The notes under the pieces: model-generated
Told to the model about the DNA's origin: nothing
Seen by the model: the letters and a program-made list of their open reading frames with translations, nothing else
Databases searched by the model: none
DNA from: an uncultured Armatimonadetes bacterium
GTDB lineage: Bacteria > Armatimonadota > Hebobacteria > Hebobacterales > Hebobacteraceae
Direction of reading: 5' to 3'
DNA: 64,000 bases
Assembly (NCBI GenBank): GCA_963716175.1
Contig: OY970296.1
Location: 2,688,001-2,752,000, forward strand
Shown: piece after piece, positions 58,051-64,000 of the stretch
Position numbering within the stretch: the first letter of the stretch is position 1
Layout of the letters: every line of letters begins with the position of its first letter
Made by a program: the position numbers and the translations under genes

Positions 58051-58590
58051 TTACCCGCGCTTGGTCGTGACCAGAGACCGGATCAGGTCCAGGTCCAGCA
58101 CGCCCTTCTGGCCCCAGCCTCGGGTTCCCGCCAAGACCGCCGGCCGGAATCTCTCGTACAGGCCGAAGGCCTGCTCGGCCAGCTCCTTGCGTTGGAGGGA
58201 GGCGGCCAGCTCGTCCATCACCTGGCGCACCGCCTCCAGGTTCTCGCCGAACTTGCTTCTGAGGTAGGCCTCCACCTTGCCGGGGTCAATCGCCTCCGCG
58301 CCCACCACCGCCCTGACTCCGGCCTCCGTCTGCTTTGCCGGCACCGGTCGGCCGCACACCTCGACCCAGAACTCCTCGCCCAGCCCCGCTTTCTTCGGCC
58401 GCTTGCCTTCTAGCGCCTTGGCCGGCGGGAAGATCCCGAGGCTCCGGCCCTTGGTCTGCGCATTGAGCCCCGCCAGCGCTCGGCCCAGGGTGAGGGCGGC
58501 CTCCCAGTCGAACCCCATGCGCGCCGCCACCACTGCGGCCCACAGCGTCAGCACAGGCGCTCTGTTGATGGTTATGGTCTTGTGTGGCAC
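58051..58590 (-). CDS. Hypothetical protein (NRAPVLTLWA motif)
   Basis: GAGGAGG RBS; globular composition with Y..SKFG, LYERFRP and GWG.KG.LDL motifs. Confidence 0.75.
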   Translation of the reverse strand: MPHKTITINRAPVLTLWAAVVAARMGFDWEAALTLGRALAGLNAQTKGRSLGIFPPAKALEGKRPKKAGLGEEFWVEVCGRPVPAKQTEAGVRAVVGAEAIDPGKVEAYLRSKFGENLEAVRQVMDELAASLQRKELAEQAFGLYERFRPAVLAGTRGWGQKGVLDLDLIRSLVTTKRG

Positions 58591-58664
58591 GTCCCTCCTC
58601 GCTGGGCAATCGGTCGCTCCGGCCGGGGCCGGGCCCTGATCGGAGGCCTACGGCGATTCCCCTA

Positions 58665-60230
58665 CTACAGGTAGCCGAGCGAACGAAGCTTGCGGCGAGT
58701 CTCCTCTGAAAGCTCCGCTCCGGGCGCGCCCGGGGAGGTCACGGTCTTGAAGCCGGGGTCCACGAAGTCCAACGGCAGGTACTTCTGTGTCTTCGCGAAC
58801 TGGACGAAGACCTGGGCGAGCTTGGCCGCCTGCTGGGGCTGCTCGGCGATGACATTGCGGGTCTGCCGAGGGTCGGCGGCGAGGTCGTAGAGCGCTCGCA
58901 TGGTGCCCCCCTGGTAGAGCAAGAGCGCCCAGCGATGATCCCGCACCACGTAGCAGGGCCAGTTGCCGCTGGTCCGGCAGAACACATAGTCATTGATCTT
59001 GCTGGCCTCCCCGGTCATCAGTGCCGTCAGGGATCTGCCCTGCACGGTGCCCGCCGGGGCCGGGATCGCGAGCAGATCCAGGATAGTGGGCAGGACGTCT
59101 ATGGTCTGGGTGAGCGCGCCCACTCGCCCCACGGGCCCGCCGGACCCCGGGAACTTGATCAGGAGCGGGATGTGGATGGCCTCGTCATAGGGGCAGGTGG
59201 CATGCCACTGATAGCGGTGCTCTCCCAGCGCGTCCCCGTGGTCGGCGGTGACGATCAGGAGGGTGTTGTCGTAGACGCCGAGCCCCTTCAAGTAGCTGAT
59301 CAACTCGCCCACGGCCCAGTCCGACCAGCGGAGTTCGGCGTCATAGAGGTTCACCCAGTCCGAGCCGTAGGCCGGCGGGTCCTCATCGTGGAACCGGTCA
59401 TAGACGCGGGTGAAAGCCGGCTCTGTCTGCCAGTAGTCGGGGGCCGGCTTTCCCTTGAACATGTCCTTCAGCTTCTCGGGAGCTTCGTATGGGTTGTGCG
59501 GCGGCAGGAAGTGCACATAGGAGAAGAACCGCGGCTCCCGGTGCAGGTTCGCGCGTATCAGCTCCAGCAGATGCTCTGGGGATCGCCACTGCATCTCCTC
59601 CTGCTTCGAGTGCACCTCTCCCAGAGGGCTGAACAGCACATCGAATCGCGCGCCTAGCCGCAGCACCGGCGCTGTCGCTGGGTTCGAGGTGAACAGAAGG
59701 GTGCGGAACCCGGAGGTTCCCAGCGCCCAGTCTATGGTAAAGGCCTCGGGGTCAACGGGATGCAGGCGCTCGTGCTTATCCCTGGTTCGAGGCACCGCCA
59801 CCCCATCGGTGTCCGGGTATTGGCCTGTGAAAAGGTTGGCGGTGGAGGGCGAGGTTTGAGGATACTGGCAGAAATGTTGGTCGAACACCACCGCTTGGCT
59901 GGCGAGGCGGTCGAAGTTGGGGGTGGTCTCCCGGGGATATCCGTAGGCGCTGAAGTGATCGGCCCGCGCCGCGTCCATGACGCAGATGACGATGTTGGCG
60001 TCCTTGACCAGGCGGCGAAGGCCATCCAGGTCAGCGCGCCGGGTCAGCGAGATGCCAAAGGAGGGAGGCTTCACCGGCTGGCCGGTGGCGGAGGCTGCGC
60101 TGCCTCGGAAGGGGATGGGCTGAGGTTGGCGCCGGCGAACCAGAACGTGCGCGCCCAGCCCGAGCACACCGGCAAGGATCACCAGCGCGAGCGCCCAGCG
60201 AAGGAGTCTCTTCATCGGCAGGCCCAACAC
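58665..60230 (-). CDS. Membrane-anchored sulfatase-like hydrolase/transferase (paralog of 4210; start may be 60215)
   Basis: N-terminal TM; MDAARADH..YGYPR.TTPN.D, QTSPSTANLFTG, HFLPPH, TADHGD, LRSLGYL. Confidence 0.85.
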   Translation of the reverse strand: MLGLPMKRLLRWALALVILAGVLGLGAHVLVRRRQPQPIPFRGSAASATGQPVKPPSFGISLTRRADLDGLRRLVKDANIVICVMDAARADHFSAYGYPRETTPNFDRLASQAVVFDQHFCQYPQTSPSTANLFTGQYPDTDGVAVPRTRDKHERLHPVDPEAFTIDWALGTSGFRTLLFTSNPATAPVLRLGARFDVLFSPLGEVHSKQEEMQWRSPEHLLELIRANLHREPRFFSYVHFLPPHNPYEAPEKLKDMFKGKPAPDYWQTEPAFTRVYDRFHDEDPPAYGSDWVNLYDAELRWSDWAVGELISYLKGLGVYDNTLLIVTADHGDALGEHRYQWHATCPYDEAIHIPLLIKFPGSGGPVGRVGALTQTIDVLPTILDLLAIPAPAGTVQGRSLTALMTGEASKINDYVFCRTSGNWPCYVVRDHRWALLLYQGGTMRALYDLAADPRQTRNVIAEQPQQAAKLAQVFVQFAKTQKYLPLDFVDPGFKTVTSPGAPGAELSEETRRKLRSLGYL

Positions 60231-60240
60231 TCCTGTGACC

Positions 60241-60269
60241 AGTCTACCGTGCCGGGGGCAGCCTGTAAA
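60241..60269 (-). promoter_or_regulatory. Putative sigma70 promoter of the sulfatase-like gene
   Basis: TTTACA-N17-TAGACT on the minus strand. Confidence 0.5.
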
Positions 60270-60328
60270 GGTGTGGCGAGGACGCGTCAGGAGTACCGAC
60301 TCACGAGTTGAGGCGGGGCGCCTTCGCG

Positions 60329-60439
60329 GTCATTCTGAGCTCGCGGCAGCTTCGCGAGCGAAGAATCTGTTCAAGAGGTCCGGGGCCGCCGCGGCGGGCG
60401 CCACTCTGATATGGATTCCTCGCTCCGCTCGGAATGACA
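60329..60439. repeat. MITE/REP-like element with long terminal inverted repeats
   Basis: Left arm GTCATTCTGAGC..GAGCGAAGAATC; right arm GATTCCTCGCTCCGCTCGGAATGAC. Confidence 0.7.
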
Positions 60440-60611
60440 GCCTGCAGGAGCGCCTCTGGCCGCGGGCGAACCGGTACCCTGTTAGACAGGAGCCGTAGTG
60501 GCTAGGCCCCATGGGCCGCTGGCTAGGCCGGCAGAGCCGGCCGCCATCCCGGCCTTCAGGCCTAGGGACACCCCGGCCCGAACGGGGCCTAGGGGCTCCT
60601 GCCGCGCACCC

Positions 60612-62229
60612 ATGGAACAGGCATCAGGAGAAGGAGGGCCCGCTCGCGTTCCGGCGCTACTGCTCGCCCTAGAGAAGCGCGGGGCGCTCCGGGCGGTCGG
60701 GTTCTCCCTGGTCGCGCTGCTGGTAGTCACGGTGCTCCGGCTCAGTTACCCCGGCATCCCCGACCCCGACAGCTTCTACCACTTCCGCCACGCCGCGCTG
60801 TATGCGCAAAGGGGTCTGACCATGTCGGCCTTCCCCTGGCTGGTCTACTCCATCATCAGCCAGTTCTCGTCCGATATCGGGTACGGCTTCCATCTGCTGC
60901 TGGTGCCGTTCACGTTCTTGCGTGATCCCATCCTGGGCGTGAAGCTGGGGGCGGTGTTCGAGACCGCCGCGGTGATGATCATCTTCTACGCGGTCATGCG
61001 GCGGCACCGGATAGCGTTTGCCTTCGCCTGGCCCTTGGTGCTGGTTTTTCTCGCGCCCCCCATCGTCTACACCGTGCTGCAGACAAGACCCCAGACCTTG
61101 ACCATGGGCTTCTCGGCCTTGCTCCTGTCCTTCCTGCTGGTGGGGAGCGGCTGGGGCGTATTCCTTGGCAGCTTCTTGATCAGCTTCGTCCATCTGAACA
61201 TCGTGCTGATCGTGCCCATCCTGGTGGTAGTCGCGGCTCTTGCGCAGGGCCTGAGCGAGCGGCGCTGGGAGTGGCGGAAGTGGGTGCTGACCGTGGCCGG
61301 CATCGGCGCCGGGTGGCTGCTGCGGCCCAATCCGCTGGGGGCGGCGCGGCTGGAGTACGTGCAGGTGATCGCGCACGAGCTGGTACGGCGGAACAAGATC
61401 CCGCTGCTGTTCGGGCGGGAGTGGGAACCGGTCTCGGGCTCCGCCCTCGCCTCTTTCTCCTACTTCCTCTTCCTGTGGGGCGCGATCGCCGCCCTCTTCC
61501 TGATGGCACTGGCCATGCGTCGCCACGACCTGACTCCCAGAGATCGCACCTTCCTCTGGAGCAGCTTCTTGCTGTCGCTCATCTTCTTCATCGGAGCTGT
61601 CGCCATCACCAAGCGCGCTGTACCCCTGTGGGCGACCTTCGCGGTGATGTTCGTGGCCCAGGCCTTCACCTGCTTCCTCGACCCGCGCGAAGAGCTCGCG
61701 CCCGTTCGTCAAGGAGGAGACGCGCCTGGTGCTGGCCTTGTGCGCGGCTGCCATCTCCCTGGCGATGGTGTGGGACGGCGTGAAGGAACCCATGATGCGG
61801 GGCAAATGGCCCAGCACTGACCCCTACCGGCTCCAGGCCGCCGCCGACTGGCTGAAGCAGCATGCTCCGGCCGATGCCATCGTGTTCAACGTGAACTGGG
61901 ATGACTTCCCCGAGCTGTTCTTCTGGAATTGGGAGGACCGGTATGTGAGCGGCCTGGACCCCATGTTCCTGTTCGCCTACAACCAGGCGCTGTACTGGAA
62001 AGCGCATCATCTCCAGACCGGGGAGGGCGTGGACCACACCTGGGGAACCATGACCTATCAGGCGGGCCGCGAGGAGGATACCTACACCGCCCTCCGCCAC
62101 GACTTCAGGGCCTCCTACCTGGTGCTGATCCGGCAGCGCAACGGGGGGCTATACGAGTACTTGCGAGATCATCCCGGAGTCACATTGGGCTTTGATGAGG
62201 GGGGCATTGCCGTCTTCGCATTGGGCTGA
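60612..62229 (+). CDS. Polytopic GT-C-like glycosyltransferase; apparent 1-bp frameshift near 61702
   Basis: TM1 followed by PDPDSFYH, about 11-12 TM, EW.P loop; periplasmic tail WLK.H.P..A.VFN..WD...LDP in ORF 61729..62229. Removing one C from CCC joins the frames. Confidence 0.65.
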
Positions 62230-62700
62230 GAGCCGACGGCCCGGCTGACCCAAGAAGCCGCGATCGCGCTCGCGGCCCTGTCGCCCTTAGGGCCTCGCGC
62301 AGCGCACTGACGACGGGCTGCGCCTGCTCCTGTCTTCAGGATCTCAAGCACGACAGCGCGCTGGCTCCGCTGTTCACGGCCACCGCGCGCCGACACCCCG
62401 TGGACGTGGCCATCCTCTGCCTTAACTCGGGCTCTATCCAGGCCGACGCGGCTGCGCTGCGCCAGGGCGCATGGGGTCCTGGTACAGCCTCATAGCACCC
62501 AGGAGGCGTCTGGCCGCGGGCCGGGGCCGCCATTCCGGAGACGGGACGGGGGATGGCAGAAGCTGGTGCTCCTGCCTAACCGGCAGCCTGGTCTCCCAAA
62601 ACCCGGAGTTTTGTGGAATATGGCGAGCGGCTGAGCCTATTGCGGGAAGGACGAGCGAATAGAGCAGTTCGCGGAGGATGCTTTCGCGCGTCTTCACGAA

Positions 62701-62749
62701 GCCCGCCGGAAGCGGGCAGGCCGGCCAAAGCCCGCCAGAGGCGGGCAAG
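62701..62749. repeat. Two family C palindromic repeats upstream of parA
   Basis: GCCCGCCGGAAGCGGGCAGG and CCCGCCAGAGGCGGGCAAG. Confidence 0.75.
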
Positions 62750-62876
62750 CCTGACGGAGGCATTAGGGAGACTCCTGCATTGCGGCGATAGCCGGATTGC
62801 GGGAAGCTCCGACCGAGGTGGCTTGTGAAGGCTGCTGCGGTCACCCGCCGGGCTACTCTAATGCGGGAGACTCTCT

Positions 62877-63785
62877 ATGGCTATGGCAACCGGCGTCTCC
62901 AGTGGTGCCGCGGGTCTGGCGCCTTACGGCAACGCATCGGTGATCGCATTCGTCAATGAGAAGGGCGGGGTCGCGAAAACCACCTCCTGTGTCAACCTCG
63001 GGGCCGCCCTGGCCGTGCGCGGCCAGCGGGTGTTGTGCGTTGACCTCGATCCCCAGGCCAATGCCACCACGGCCTTTGGGGTGAGCGCGGAACAGGCGAT
63101 ATCGCGGGAGGCCCACTGCCTGCTCACCATGCCCCGGTTCCCCCTGGAGCGGGCGATCGTCTCCACCCAGATCAACGGGCTTGATCTGGTTCCCTCCAGC
63201 GGCCGGCTGGCCGATTGCGACAAGACCCTGGTGATGGAGGTGGGTCGGGAGGGGCGCCTGCGCGCCAAGCTCCGGGATTTCTTCCGCAGCGTGCTCACCG
63301 ACAAGTACGACTTTATTCTAGTGGACTGCCCGCCGTCCCTGGACTTACTGACCATCAACGCCCTCACTGCCGCCACCCATATGATCGTGCCGGTGAACAC
63401 GAAGTTCTATGCCTTGAAGGGGATGGCGCTGCTGGGCGATCTAGTGGCGACGTTGCACGAGCAGATCGGCGCCACCGTGAAGCTGCTCGGCATCCTGGTC
63501 ACCATGTTCGACAAGAAGACCGCGCTGGATATCACCATCTACCGGCTGCTCAAGGAGAAAGTGGAGAGTGAGTTCGGCAATTACCTCTTCACGACCATCA
63601 TCTCCAAGAGCGTGGTGGTGAGCGAGGCCGAGGCCGGGGGCCTGCCCGTGTTGATGCGAGAGCCCGAGTCCCGCGCGGCCTCGGCCTATCATACGCTGGC
63701 CGAGGAGGTTCTCGACCGACTGCGGTTCGATGTTCCCGGGCTGGTGATCCCGTCCGCTGGGCCGGCGATGGCCCGGGTGCACTAG
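62877..63785 (+). CDS. parA: ParA/Soj family ATPase
   Basis: NEKGGVAKTT, DLDPQANAT, DFILVDCPPSL, NAL.AA, Y..LA.E. Confidence 0.88.
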   Translation: MAMATGVSSGAAGLAPYGNASVIAFVNEKGGVAKTTSCVNLGAALAVRGQRVLCVDLDPQANATTAFGVSAEQAISREAHCLLTMPRFPLERAIVSTQINGLDLVPSSGRLADCDKTLVMEVGREGRLRAKLRDFFRSVLTDKYDFILVDCPPSLDLLTINALTAATHMIVPVNTKFYALKGMALLGDLVATLHEQIGATVKLLGILVTMFDKKTALDITIYRLLKEKVESEFGNYLFTTIISKSVVVSEAEAGGLPVLMREPESRAASAYHTLAEEVLDRLRFDVPGLVIPSAGPAMARVH

Positions 63786-63807
63786 GCGCCTCAAGGGAGG
63801 TGGAATC

Positions 63808-64000
63808 ATGACCGTGACAAGCGATGCAGGGATGACCCTCACTCCGCAATCATCGGATAGCGATTGCTCGGCTCTGGTGACCATCAGCGTCCCGGACTGT
63901 GCTTCGCCCATCTGTCGGCTGGGCGGCGCGCGGGAGATCCTCGGCGATCTCACGGTGCGGCAGTTGATCGAGCGAGTGGTGAGCCCCAGCTCCCTGCTCT
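63808..64000 (+). CDS. Hypothetical protein, truncated by the window end
   Basis: GGAGGT RBS; open to the end of the window: MTVTSDAG...GDLTVRQLIERVVSP; not ParB-like. Confidence 0.6.
   Translation, partial: MTVTSDAGMTLTPQSSDSDCSALVTISVPDCASPICRLGGAREILGDLTVRQLIERVVSPSSLL

Noticed and set aside
3802-62229. Six split genes (near 3847, 14215, 21393, 48135, 55386, 61702) as programmed frameshifts, phase variation or pseudogenes
   Set aside because: Each is fixed by one base in a short C/G run, in unrelated genes with intact motifs and no slippery heptamer. This is typical of long-read error; short-read mapping would settle it.
1-64000. tRNA, rRNA, CRISPR array, integrase, transposase or prophage
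   Set aside because: None recognisable by eye or in the ORF track.

Overview
High-GC bacterial window that looks chromosomal and is densely coding. I found no rRNA, tRNA, CRISPR array, transposase or phage genes. The gene mix (Thr-type sulfatase-like proteins, heparinase-like lyase, tandem PilT, Gfo/Idh/MocA enzymes) would fit a lineage such as Armatimonadota, but that is inference only. Six genes are split by single-base indels at short C/G homopolymers, which looks like long-read error. Main blocks: (1) alkaline-phosphatase-superfamily genes and an ankyrin protein (1-7.9 kb); (2) uronate isomerase, then an 8-gene operon of 3 GT4, 4 GH57 and a small Zn-finger protein, in which one GT4 and one GH57 appear to be intact but catalytically dead paralogs of active neighbours (9.7-19.4 kb); (3) a divergent ilvC, a deacetylase-heparinase fusion and an S8 protease; (4) a locus of 2 LemA-like genes, 2 PilT ATPases, a 955-aa polytopic protein with a Cys-rich tail, an FHA protein and a Ser/Thr kinase, converging on a vWA gene next to an atypical NarL regulator (27-38.6 kb); (5) a GH5-like hydrolase, ECF transporter, Lhr helicase, MEMO/NTPase pair, an amino-sugar oxidoreductase cluster, a GT-C-like protein and an orphan ParA. 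Several families of short palindromic repeats are scattered through the window, and at least four copies sit in frame inside protein-coding genes. The best candidates for an undescribed system are the LemA-PilT-kinase-FHA-vWA locus and the GT4/GH57 enzyme-plus-pseudoenzyme operon.
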